From contig DBPV01000004.1 of the NCBI GenBank assembly GCA_002304995.1, forward strand, positions 1,613 through 65,612: a DNA stretch of 64,000 nucleotides, in the 5' to 3' direction. A program made the position numbers and the translations under genes. Of the stretch, positions 35,790 through 44,141 are shown piece after piece (position 1 is the first letter of the stretch; every line of letters starts with the position of its first letter). The notes under the pieces were generated by a model, which had not been told where the DNA came from, made no database searches, and worked only from the letters and a program-made list of their open reading frames with translations. This stretch comes from Syntrophaceae bacterium UBA1411. GTDB lineage: Bacteria; Desulfobacterota; Syntrophia; Syntrophales; Smithellaceae.

Positions 35790-36779
35790 TTACCGAAGCC
35801 ACTTTTCCTTGCGGTACCAGTCGATCGTTTCTTCCATCCCGCGGGCCAGATCGTATTCGGAGCGGAAATTCAGCTCCGCGCGGAGCGGCTCGACATCGCA
35901 GTTCCAGTTGCCGGCTACCAGTTCATTGACCTTTTCCCGGTTCAAAACGGGAGGCTTTTGCAAAATCCGGCAGGCCGGTTCCGCAGCGGCGGCGATGATC
36001 CGGACCAGCCACACGGGCAGGGCCACATGCGCTGCTTTCCCGCCCAGACACCCGGCGACAATTCGCCCCAGATCGCGGCTGCCGTACAGGTGGCCGTCGG
36101 CGGCGAAATAGGCCCGATTGACGTGCGGCGACTCCAGCGCGGCGAAAACCAGGCGGACCAGGTCTTTGACGTACATAAACGTGAGGCGCTGATTTTTTCT
36201 TCCCGCCTGCAGGGCCACGCCGCGGCGGATCAGTTTGATCGCTTCGAAGATGTCCCTTTCACCGGGCCCGTAAACCGCGGTGGGACGGATGATCACATAC
36301 GGCAGGCCTTTTTCCGCGAGAATTTTTTCGGCGGCCAGCTTGCTTTTCCCGTAAGCCGTCACGGGCCCGGGCGTTGTCGTGCGCAAAACGGGGCCGCCGG
36401 ACGGATCGCCGGGACCGAACGCGGCCAGGCTGCTCATCAGCAGAAACTTCTCCGGTATCCGGCCGGTTTGCAGCAGGGCCTCCGCGAGCCGGCGCGTATT
36501 TTCGGCGTTGACTTCAAAATATTCTTCGGGAGAAAGCGATTTCGTCAGGCCCGCATTGTGAATGACGTAATCGCAGCGGGGCAGAAAACACAGTTGATCG
36601 CGCAGGCGGGACGCCGATGAAAAGTCGCAGGTCACGACGGGAATGTTCCGGGCGTCCAGATAGCCGGTTTGGCTGGTTTGCCGGACGGCGGCCACCAGGT
36701 CGTAGCCGCGCCGCAGGGCTTCCTCCACGAGAAAACGGCCGATAAAACCGGTCGCGCCGGTAAGCAGAATTCTTTTCAT
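35790..36779 (-). CDS. NAD(P)-dependent epimerase/dehydratase-family reductase (extended SDR)
   Basis: Start moved to ATG 36779 (MKRILLTGATGFIGRFL...). GxxGxxG motif, and a YGKSK (YxxxK) catalytic dyad preceded by MSS. Confidence 0.85.
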   Translation of the reverse strand: MKRILLTGATGFIGRFLVEEALRRGYDLVAAVRQTSQTGYLDARNIPVVTCDFSSASRLRDQLCFLPRCDYVIHNAGLTKSLSPEEYFEVNAENTRRLAEALLQTGRIPEKFLLMSSLAAFGPGDPSGGPVLRTTTPGPVTAYGKSKLAAEKILAEKGLPYVIIRPTAVYGPGERDIFEAIKLIRRGVALQAGRKNQRLTFMYVKDLVRLVFAALESPHVNRAYFAADGHLYGSRDLGRIVAGCLGGKAAHVALPVWLVRIIAAAAEPACRILQKPPVLNREKVNELVAGNWNCDVEPLRAELNFRSEYDLARGMEETIDWYRKEKWLR

Positions 36780-36844
36780 ACGCAAGAACGCCGTCCTTTT
36801 GGCCATCGGTATAAAAAGCGCCGGCAAGCCTGTCAAGAAGATAA

Positions 36845-36873
36845 TTGACAGCTCCGGCCAACTCTTCTATATT
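36845..36873 (+). promoter_or_regulatory. sigma-70-type promoter of the LolA-like/barrel/oxoamine-synthase operon
   Basis: TTGACA (36845-36850), 17 nt, TATATT (36868-36873). It shares the identical 14-mer ATTGACAGCTCCGG with 34795-34808. Confidence 0.55.
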
Positions 36874-37108
36874 TCCCGGGCAAAACGAGAACGCTCAACC
36901 ATCCGGCCGGGGAACCGAACGTAAACCCTGCGTTCTGACCACGCCGGATTATCATGACAAAAGACGAAAAAGGCTGGACAAGATGTTTTTAATCCACTAC
37001 ACGCAAAACAACATACCGTCGGGCCTTTTTGGCCGGGCTTGCCGCCCCGGCCGGAATTCCTCCCGCGGGAAAAGCCGTAAAAAATTCATCCCGGAGGGGT
37101 TCTGCCCG

Positions 37109-37885
37109 ATGACCGACAAACGGATTCTCCTTTTACTGCTTGCGGCGTTTCTGCTCGTTCCGGCCTTGGCCGACGCCATGAGCGGGCGAGAAATCTTCGA
37201 AAAAATGCACGAGGTGCGCCTGCGCATGCTCAACCAGAAAACGGAAGCCACGATGGTGCTTTACGACCGGGGCGGCGGCAAACGCATCCGCACGCTCACG
37301 CAGTACAGCAAAAACGCGGCTCCCGAAGCCTACAAGGTTCTTTTGATCTTCAACTCGCCCGCGGATTTGAAAAACGTCGGCTTTCTGGCGCATGCCCGCA
37401 CGTTTTCCGACCGAAGCCTCTGGGCGTATTTTCCCGAATTCAAGCGGATCCGGCGCATTCCCACATCCGCCCAGGACGATTCCTTCTTCGGCTCCGACTT
37501 TTCCTACGACGACTTCAGCGGGCCGCCGAATCTCGACGACTATGCCTTCAAGGTGCTTCGGGAGGAAACCGTCGACGACAGGCCCTGCTACGTGGTGGAA
37601 GTTTCGCCGAAGATTCCCCGTAAATATTCAAAATACATCACCTGGGTGGTCAAAAACCTCTGGATAACCGCCAAAGTCGAGTTTTACCGGGAAAAGGAAT
37701 TGTACCGTCTGGGGGCTTTCCGCGACATTCGCCTGGTGGACGGACTTCCGACGCCCTTTACGCTGGAGATGCAAAACGTCAAATCCGGACATCGGACGGT
37801 GGTGACCGTCAACAAAGTCAGCTACCGAACCAGTTTCCCCGATGAGCTTTTCACCCAGCGGGCGCTGGAGCGGGGGGGCAGATAG
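37109..37885 (+). CDS. LolA-like outer-membrane lipoprotein-sorting family protein (periplasmic)
   Basis: This is the real part of track ORF 36845..37885, from ATG 37109 (GGAGGGG upstream). Signal peptide ..VPALADA. The motif ..RIPTSAQDDSFFGSDFSYDDF.. is typical of the LolA_like family. Confidence 0.7.
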   Translation: MTDKRILLLLLAAFLLVPALADAMSGREIFEKMHEVRLRMLNQKTEATMVLYDRGGGKRIRTLTQYSKNAAPEAYKVLLIFNSPADLKNVGFLAHARTFSDRSLWAYFPEFKRIRRIPTSAQDDSFFGSDFSYDDFSGPPNLDDYAFKVLREETVDDRPCYVVEVSPKIPRKYSKYITWVVKNLWITAKVEFYREKELYRLGAFRDIRLVDGLPTPFTLEMQNVKSGHRTVVTVNKVSYRTSFPDELFTQRALERGGR

Positions 37886-37931
37886 CCGCGGCTGCCTGCG
37901 ATCGCCACAACAGTTTTAAGGAGAGACAAAC

Positions 37932-39293
37932 ATGAAAAAACTATGGTTGGCCGCCGTTGTGCTGTTTTGCTGGGCTTCCGGAAGTTACGCGGAAGACTTT
38001 CTGAACGTTTCGGGGAAACTTCATTTGCGGGGCGTCGTTCCGCTGCACAGTGAAAGCGTGATGGAATACCCGAGCCTCCTGGGGCAGCTCAAGGTCGACA
38101 CCAAACCGTCTCCCCTGCGTTTCCACATGTGGCTCGAAGGCGGTTGGGACGGAAGCGTCACTCTGCCGGTGGAAGACCATTCCACCCTCAAGTTCGGCGA
38201 TCGGGTCTATCAGAGCACCACGCCGTTTCTGGAATTCAAGGAACTCTACGGCTCTTACTCCACCGACTGGCTGGAAGTCCGCGCGGGCATCCAGCGCTTC
38301 GCCTGGGGCAGGCTTGACGAGTATCCCGTCAACGATCTGCTCAACCCCTGGGACTATTCCCAGTTTTTGAGGAAGCCGCTGGAAGACCGCAAGATCGGCG
38401 TTCCGTCGCTTTCGACACGCCTCAGCCATGACACCTGGAGCCTCGACGCGGTCTGGGTTCCCGTCTTCATCCCGTATCGCCTGCCGCTTTCCACCGAACG
38501 CTGGTCGCCCCTCAATCAGATGGTCAGCCGGTTCAACAACCTGCCGGTCAATTTTCTCACCAGCGACGCCGACATTCCGTCGCGCAATCTGGCTTCGGGC
38601 GCAGGCGGCCTGCGTCTTTCGAAAACAGGCGTTGTCGACTGGAGCGTCAACCTGTTTCACGGCTACGATCCGCGGCCGGTGCTGAAGGCCACCCGGCTCA
38701 TTATCGCGCCGGTGGCCGGCCAGGTCGCCGTCGAGCCGGGCGCGGTGGCCGATTTCCACAAAATGTCGTCCTTCGGTCTCGATGCGGCGTTCGTCAAAGG
38801 CCCCTGGAGCCTGCGCGCCGAAGCGGCTTACGCGGTCGGACGCTACTTCAACACCAATCTCGAGCGCTGGGGCTATCCGGCCGTTCCCGCGTTCGGCGTT
38901 TATCCGCTCGCCCCCAACGAGCATAAGAGCGATTCACTGGACTACGGCATCGGCGCCGATTACCGCGTCTTCGAGGACTGTCTGCTCACCATGCAGGCCC
39001 AGCAAACCGTGATCCTGGACCGGCCCGATTCGCTCTACCAGCAGAAGTTTGAAACGATCTTCTGGGCCAACCTGAGAAACGGTTTTCTCAATCAGCGGAT
39101 CATCACCAATCTCAACGCCGCCTACAATCCCGAGCACGGCGGCGTCATGGCCCGGGGCAACGTCTCGTACGTGCTTTCCGACTACTGGAAGGTCGGCGTG
39201 ACGGCCGTCGGTTTCTGGGGACCCGAGCAGTCCCTGTTCGGCAGATACAAAACCAATGATCAGGTAGAGGTGGATCTCGTTTTTTCATGGTAA
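37932..39293 (+). CDS. outer-membrane beta-barrel protein (DUF1302-like)
   Basis: 453 aa. Signal peptide ..SGSYA. Alternating beta-strand pattern and C-terminal aromatic residue (..LVFSW). The ..GIQRFAWGRLDEYPVNDLLNPWDY.. block resembles the DUF1302 signature (recollection). Confidence 0.6.
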   Translation: MKKLWLAAVVLFCWASGSYAEDFLNVSGKLHLRGVVPLHSESVMEYPSLLGQLKVDTKPSPLRFHMWLEGGWDGSVTLPVEDHSTLKFGDRVYQSTTPFLEFKELYGSYSTDWLEVRAGIQRFAWGRLDEYPVNDLLNPWDYSQFLRKPLEDRKIGVPSLSTRLSHDTWSLDAVWVPVFIPYRLPLSTERWSPLNQMVSRFNNLPVNFLTSDADIPSRNLASGAGGLRLSKTGVVDWSVNLFHGYDPRPVLKATRLIIAPVAGQVAVEPGAVADFHKMSSFGLDAAFVKGPWSLRAEAAYAVGRYFNTNLERWGYPAVPAFGVYPLAPNEHKSDSLDYGIGADYRVFEDCLLTMQAQQTVILDRPDSLYQQKFETIFWANLRNGFLNQRIITNLNAAYNPEHGGVMARGNVSYVLSDYWKVGVTAVGFWGPEQSLFGRYKTNDQVEVDLVFSW

Positions 39294-39315
39294 GAGAAAA
39301 CGAAATAAAAGACGC

Positions 39316-40584
39316 ATGGAAACTCAAAAAAACACGGACGAAAAAGCGAAACAGCGTATTCACCAGGAAATCATCGAATTTCAGGGCGACGACCTCTTTG
39401 ACGTAAAAAACTACTTCTGGGAATTTTTCCAGGACGGCATCCGGCAGAAGCACTACATTTATCTCAATCCGCTGGCCACCGCGCCCACTGCCCAGGTGCA
39501 GGCCTACGACCGCTACACGAAAAGCGTCCGGCCGTATCTTAATTTTTCATCCTACAATTATCTGGGATATTCCGTTTATCCCGAGGTGATCCGCGAAGTT
39601 CAGGACACGCTGGCCAAATACGGAACGGGCGCCGCGTCCGCGCCGCTTTTCAGCGGCTACTACGACGTCACCGAAAGGCTGGAGAAAAAAATCGCGGCTT
39701 TTAAAAACAAGGAAGCCGCGCTGGTATTTCCCACCGGCTACAGCGCCAACGTGGGCGTCCTGTCCGGTCTGCTCAAGCCGGGCGACGTCGCGGTTCTGGA
39801 CATCCTGGCCCACGCCTCCATTTACGACGGAGCGAAGCTGGCCGGCGCGGAGATCAAAGTCTTCAGCCACAACAGTCCGCGCCATCTGGAGCGGGTCCTC
39901 AAAAGCCTGAACACCCGGCGGGCCATCGTCTGCGTGGAGGGCGTCTACAGCATGGACGGCGACCTGGCCAGACTGCCCGAGATCGTCGCGCTCTGCCGGA
40001 AATACGGGGTTAAAATTCTGATCGACGAGGCGCACGCGACACTGATTTTCGGCGAACACGGCCGCGGTGTGGCCGAGCATTTCGGCGTGGAAGACGCCAT
40101 GGACATCAGCATCGGCACCTTCAGCAAGTCCTTCGGCGCCATCGGCGGTTTTGCCGCGGGCGACGAAAAGCTGATCAATTATCTGCGTTTTTCCGCCCGT
40201 TCGTATATTTTCTCCTGCGCGATGGCGCCGCACACGGCGGCGGGCATCCTCAAAATCCTGGAGATTTACGACCGCGACAAAAGCCAGCGGGAAAAACTCT
40301 GGGACAATGTCCGCTACATGCATAAAGCGCTTACAGACGCCGGCCTCGATATCGGAGACACGCAATCCCAGGTGGTGCCTGTTTTTGTCGGAGAGGAACT
40401 GCGCCTGCGGGAAGTCGGCCGGCGGATTTATGAAAAAGGGTTGTACACCGGCATCGTGACGTACCCGGCCGTATCCAGCAAACGCACGCGCCTGAGGCTT
40501 TCCGTATCGTCCTATCACACGCAGGAACAGATGGACACCTGTTCGGCCATCCTGAAGTCGGCCTTTGACGAGGTTCCTGAGTAA
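39316..40584 (+). CDS. PLP-dependent alpha-oxoamine synthase (serine palmitoyltransferase/BioF/KBL family)
   Basis: 422 aa. YLNFSSYNYLGY, HASIYDG, VEGVYSMDGD, DEAH and the PLP-lysine motif GTFSKSFG. About 75 aa precede the NFSSYNYLG block, as in bacterial SPT and longer than in E. coli BioF. Confidence 0.85.
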   Translation: METQKNTDEKAKQRIHQEIIEFQGDDLFDVKNYFWEFFQDGIRQKHYIYLNPLATAPTAQVQAYDRYTKSVRPYLNFSSYNYLGYSVYPEVIREVQDTLAKYGTGAASAPLFSGYYDVTERLEKKIAAFKNKEAALVFPTGYSANVGVLSGLLKPGDVAVLDILAHASIYDGAKLAGAEIKVFSHNSPRHLERVLKSLNTRRAIVCVEGVYSMDGDLARLPEIVALCRKYGVKILIDEAHATLIFGEHGRGVAEHFGVEDAMDISIGTFSKSFGAIGGFAAGDEKLINYLRFSARSYIFSCAMAPHTAAGILKILEIYDRDKSQREKLWDNVRYMHKALTDAGLDIGDTQSQVVPVFVGEELRLREVGRRIYEKGLYTGIVTYPAVSSKRTRLRLSVSSYHTQEQMDTCSAILKSAFDEVPE

Positions 40585-40608
40585 AGCGGCCCTGCGGCGG
40601 GCGTGGAT

Positions 40609-42225
40609 TTATTGCGGCAGCGTAAAGTAAAAGGCGGCGCCTTTTGCCGGCTGGCCCTCCGCCCAGACCCGGCCGCCGTGCAGGGCGACAATCCGGCGGA
40701 CCGTGGCCAGACCGATTCCCGTGCCGGGAAAATCTTCCGGGCTGTGCAGACGCTGAAAGGCGCCGAAAAGTTTCCCGACCTGGGCCATGTCAAAGCCTAC
40801 GCCATTGTCCCGGACGCAGTAGACGGGCTCGCCGTCCCGGAAGGTCATGCCAAATTCAATCCGGGGGCAATCGCTCCGGCCGGTAAACTTCCAGGCGTTT
40901 TCCAGCAGATTGGTCAGTGCAATCCGCAGCAGATTGGCGTCTCCCCACGCCGTCACACCGTCCTGAATCCGAAGCGCGATTTCCGGGCGGGGACGGTTCT
41001 GCCGGCACAGATCGGCCGCCGCACGAACCAGGGCGCTGAGATCGATTTTTTCGCGCTTGAATTCCAGCCGCGTCACCCGCGACAGTTTCAGCAGATCCTC
41101 GATCAACTGCCCCATCCGCTGAGCGGCGCGGCGCACCCGGTTGAGGTAGTCCTTCGCCTGATCATCCAGCTTGTCTGTATAATCTTCCAGCAGCGTTTCG
41201 CTGAAGCCGTCGATGATCCGGAGCGGCGCCCGCAGGTCGTGGGAAACCGAATAGCTGAAAGTCTTCAGCTCTTCATTGGACGCCTCGAGCTGCATGGTGC
41301 GCTCCCGGACCCGCCGTTCGAGCTCTTCGTTGAGACGGCGGATTTCATCCTCCGCCTTCTTGCGTTCGGTGATGTCGCGTGCGATGGAAATCATGCCGAT
41401 GATCGCCTCGTCCCGCCGGACGGGGGAACAGCTGACTTCGCCGTAGCGGATGCTTCCGTCGTTGGCGATAAACGTATAAACCGTCATGGGAACGGACCGG
41501 CCCGCGAGGACGGAAGAAATGTCGGCCGCCGCGCGTTCGAACGATTCCTGCGCCATGATCCGCCTGAGGTCGCCAACCGGACGGCGCAGAAAAGCCTCCG
41601 GCGTGTGGCCCAGGATTTTCGCGATGCTGGGAGACATGCTGGCGATGGTGAGATTCGCGTCGACAATGAAAACGACATCCGTGATGTTTTCAAAGCTCAG
41701 GCGATACTTTTCCTCCAGCGCCCGCAGATCCCGGTTGGCCGCTTCCAGATCCGCCATCTTCTTTTCCAGCTTGCCGAAAAGAATTTCATTGTACCGGCGG
41801 AAGAATTCCATTTCTTCGCCCAGCGGGCGTTCGGCCCCGCCGCGGACCTTTTTGTTTTGCGCGAGCAGTTGCGCCAGGATGCTCCCCAGCGCCTCCGGTT
41901 CCTGCGGCTTGACGAGAAACAGGTCCGCTCCCAGATCCAGCGCAAAGCGTTCATCTTTTTGCTGGGTGTAGGTGGCCGTGTAAAAAACGAAAGGAATGTC
42001 TTTAAGGCGCTCGTCGGCTTTGATTTCGCGGCACAGTGTGTAGCCGTCCATGACCGGCATCAGAATGTCCGTGACAATCAGATCGGGATTTTCCGCGCGC
42101 GCCTTCTCGAGCGCGATTTTGCCGTTTTCCGCCTCAAGCGCCTCCCAGCCCTGCCCCTCCACCAGGCTTTTGAGCAACCACAAATTGGCGCTGTCGTCGT
42201 CAACGATCAAAACCTTTGCTTTCAT
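40609..42225 (-). CDS. hybrid REC-PAS-histidine kinase
   Basis: 538 aa. N-terminal receiver (VDDD...DILMPVMDG), coiled coil, PAS domain, H-box (SVSHDLRAPL) and an HATPase domain with N/G boxes (LLENAWKF, DNGVGF, GTGIGLA). Confidence 0.88.
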   Translation of the reverse strand: MKAKVLIVDDDSANLWLLKSLVEGQGWEALEAENGKIALEKARAENPDLIVTDILMPVMDGYTLCREIKADERLKDIPFVFYTATYTQQKDERFALDLGADLFLVKPQEPEALGSILAQLLAQNKKVRGGAERPLGEEMEFFRRYNEILFGKLEKKMADLEAANRDLRALEEKYRLSFENITDVVFIVDANLTIASMSPSIAKILGHTPEAFLRRPVGDLRRIMAQESFERAAADISSVLAGRSVPMTVYTFIANDGSIRYGEVSCSPVRRDEAIIGMISIARDITERKKAEDEIRRLNEELERRVRERTMQLEASNEELKTFSYSVSHDLRAPLRIIDGFSETLLEDYTDKLDDQAKDYLNRVRRAAQRMGQLIEDLLKLSRVTRLEFKREKIDLSALVRAAADLCRQNRPRPEIALRIQDGVTAWGDANLLRIALTNLLENAWKFTGRSDCPRIEFGMTFRDGEPVYCVRDNGVGFDMAQVGKLFGAFQRLHSPEDFPGTGIGLATVRRIVALHGGRVWAEGQPAKGAAFYFTLPQ

Positions 42226-42300
42226 TCTTTTCTCCCGTTTTTCCGCCCGCGCAAAGCGCCGAGACCAAACGCGCGGCAGGCCATTGAAAAAAAACCGCGC

Positions 42301-42729
42301 TTACGTCGGCCGGCTTGGATCGCCGGGGCGGGACAAACCAAACCGGACGGCAATGTCCTCGCACATTTGCCGGTAAAAGGTTTTCACATCGATGCGTTTT
42401 TCAAAAAAAGCGCACCGCTTGCCAAGCTCGCCGGTGAGGTTTTCCTCCAAATTGTATCCGCTGATGAGGATGCAGGGAACGTTTTTCAAATCGGGATGTT
42501 CTTCATCGATGCGTTTGATCAGCTCGACGCCGGTCATGGCCGGCATCGCGTAATCCAGAACCATCAGATCCGGTTTCAGACCCCCTGCGATGAGCTCCAG
42601 AGCTTCCTGCGGCCGACGCGCCTCGACAAATTCGAGTTCGGCGTCCCTGAGCAGCCGCCGGATATGGAGAATGGACAGGACGCGGAAGTCATCTTCATCA
42701 TCGACAAAAAGAACGACGATTTTATCCAT
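42301..42729 (-). CDS. single-domain response regulator
   Basis: Start moved to ATG 42729 (MDKIVVLFVDDEDD...), preceded by AGGAG. The receiver-domain pattern has its phospho-acceptor Asp in MVLDYAMP. Confidence 0.8.
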   Translation of the reverse strand: MDKIVVLFVDDEDDFRVLSILHIRRLLRDAELEFVEARRPQEALELIAGGLKPDLMVLDYAMPAMTGVELIKRIDEEHPDLKNVPCILISGYNLEENLTGELGKRCAFFEKRIDVKTFYRQMCEDIAVRFGLSRPGDPSRPT

Positions 42730-42780
42730 GCCTCTCTCCTGTGGAACAGCCGCCAAAGCGGAAACCGGCCGGCCGTCTTT

Positions 42781-44097
42781 CTATGGTGTTTCCGTCTCCG
42801 GAGCGGAAATCGCCGCGCCGGCTTCGGGGAGCGCTTCCACCGACCGCAATTTACCGGCCAGCGTCCGCGTCTTTTTCTGGGCATCATCGACGGAGCTCGC
42901 GGCCGCATCCAGTTTCTTGCGCACCGAATCGAGCGTATCGCCGAAGCGGCTGAACGCCGTCTTCACCTCGCCTAAAACCTTCCAGACTTCGCCGGAGCGC
43001 TTCTGGATGGCCAGCGCGCGGAAGCCCATTTGCAGACTGTTGAGAAAGGCGGCAAACGTCGAGGGGCCGGAGACGACGATGCGGAAATCGCGCTGCAGGG
43101 CCGACACCAGCGCAAAACGGCGGATCACTTCGGCGTAAAGGCCTTCCGACGGCAGAAACATGATGCCGAAATCGGTGGTTTTCGGCGGCGCCAGATATTT
43201 CTGCGCAATGTCTTTCGCGGCCTTTTTGATGCTTGCGTCGAGCTGTCGCGCCGCGTCTTCCGCGGCCGGAGCGTCGCCGCGGTCCTGCGCTTCCGTGAGC
43301 CGGACGTAGTCCTCCACCGGAAATTTCGCGTCCACCGGAATCAGCACGGCATCGGAGGGACAATCGCCCTGGCCGGGCAGACGAATGGCAAACTCGACGA
43401 AATCGCCGCCCTCCTCCCGGATCCGGACGTTTTTCAAGTATTGATCGGGTGAAAGGATCTCCTCGAGCAGCGCGCCCAGCTGCACTTCGCCCCACGTGCC
43501 GCGGGATTTGACGTTGGTCAGCACCTTTTTCAAATCGCCCACGCCGGCGGCCAGCGATCGCATATCGCCCAGCCCCCGGTGAACCTGCTCGAGTCTTTCG
43601 GAAACCTGCCGGAAAGATTCTCCCAGGCGCGCCTCGAGCGTCCCCTGAAGCTTTTCATCGACGGTCTGCCGCATGCGGTCGAGCTGGCGGGCGTTGTCTT
43701 CCTGAATCTGTTTGAGTTTTTCGTCAATGATGCCGCGGATGTCTTCCAGCTTCTTTTCATTGGCCGCCGTCAGGAGCCCCAGCTGCCGGGAAAAGCTTTC
43801 CAGCTGATCGTTTTGGATTTTGGCGCTGTCGGCCAGGCGCGCCTGGACGGAATCACTGAAAGAGGCGAGCGTGCGCGCCAGTTCGGTTCTTTCCTCCTGG
43901 GACGACGCCCGCGCTTCCGAGCGCGCGCGGCCCATCTCATCGCGCAGAGAGCGGTCGGTCCTCTCCTGAGCGTCCAGAAGCGCCTCCAGCTTTGCAGCCA
44001 GCGGCGACCAATCGACCGGCCGCCGCCTCAGCTGCACCAATTGCAGCAAGACCACAATCAGCAGCAAGACAGCCAAAATGTAGAAAAGAATTTCCAT
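42781..44097 (-). CDS. rmuC: DNA recombination protein RmuC
   Basis: 438 aa. N-terminal TM helix, long coiled coil, and a C-terminal RmuC nuclease-like domain (..GTWGEVQL...VDAKFP...FGIMFLPSEGLY..). Confidence 0.88.
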   Translation of the reverse strand: MEILFYILAVLLLIVVLLQLVQLRRRPVDWSPLAAKLEALLDAQERTDRSLRDEMGRARSEARASSQEERTELARTLASFSDSVQARLADSAKIQNDQLESFSRQLGLLTAANEKKLEDIRGIIDEKLKQIQEDNARQLDRMRQTVDEKLQGTLEARLGESFRQVSERLEQVHRGLGDMRSLAAGVGDLKKVLTNVKSRGTWGEVQLGALLEEILSPDQYLKNVRIREEGGDFVEFAIRLPGQGDCPSDAVLIPVDAKFPVEDYVRLTEAQDRGDAPAAEDAARQLDASIKKAAKDIAQKYLAPPKTTDFGIMFLPSEGLYAEVIRRFALVSALQRDFRIVVSGPSTFAAFLNSLQMGFRALAIQKRSGEVWKVLGEVKTAFSRFGDTLDSVRKKLDAAASSVDDAQKKTRTLAGKLRSVEALPEAGAAISAPETETP

Positions 44098-44141
44098 CTC
44101 AACCCGATAGCCTTAAAGACGGCAGCCTGTCGCCCTTTCGT

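Noticed and set aside
36845-37108. N-terminal 88 codons of track ORF 36845..37885, which would give a 346-aa LolA-like protein.
   Set aside because: The upstream part has no signal peptide and reads through the promoter region. A canonical RBS (GGAGGGG), ATG and signal peptide (MTDKRILLLLLAAFLLVPALADA) occur at 37109.
40603-42975. 790-aa plus-strand ORF, the longest in the track.
   Set aside because: It runs antisense across three well-supported minus-strand genes: the hybrid histidine kinase, the response regulator and the 3' end of rmuC. Its composition is dominated by R, A, G, P, D and F with no domain-like motifs. This is a typical GC-rich antisense open frame.
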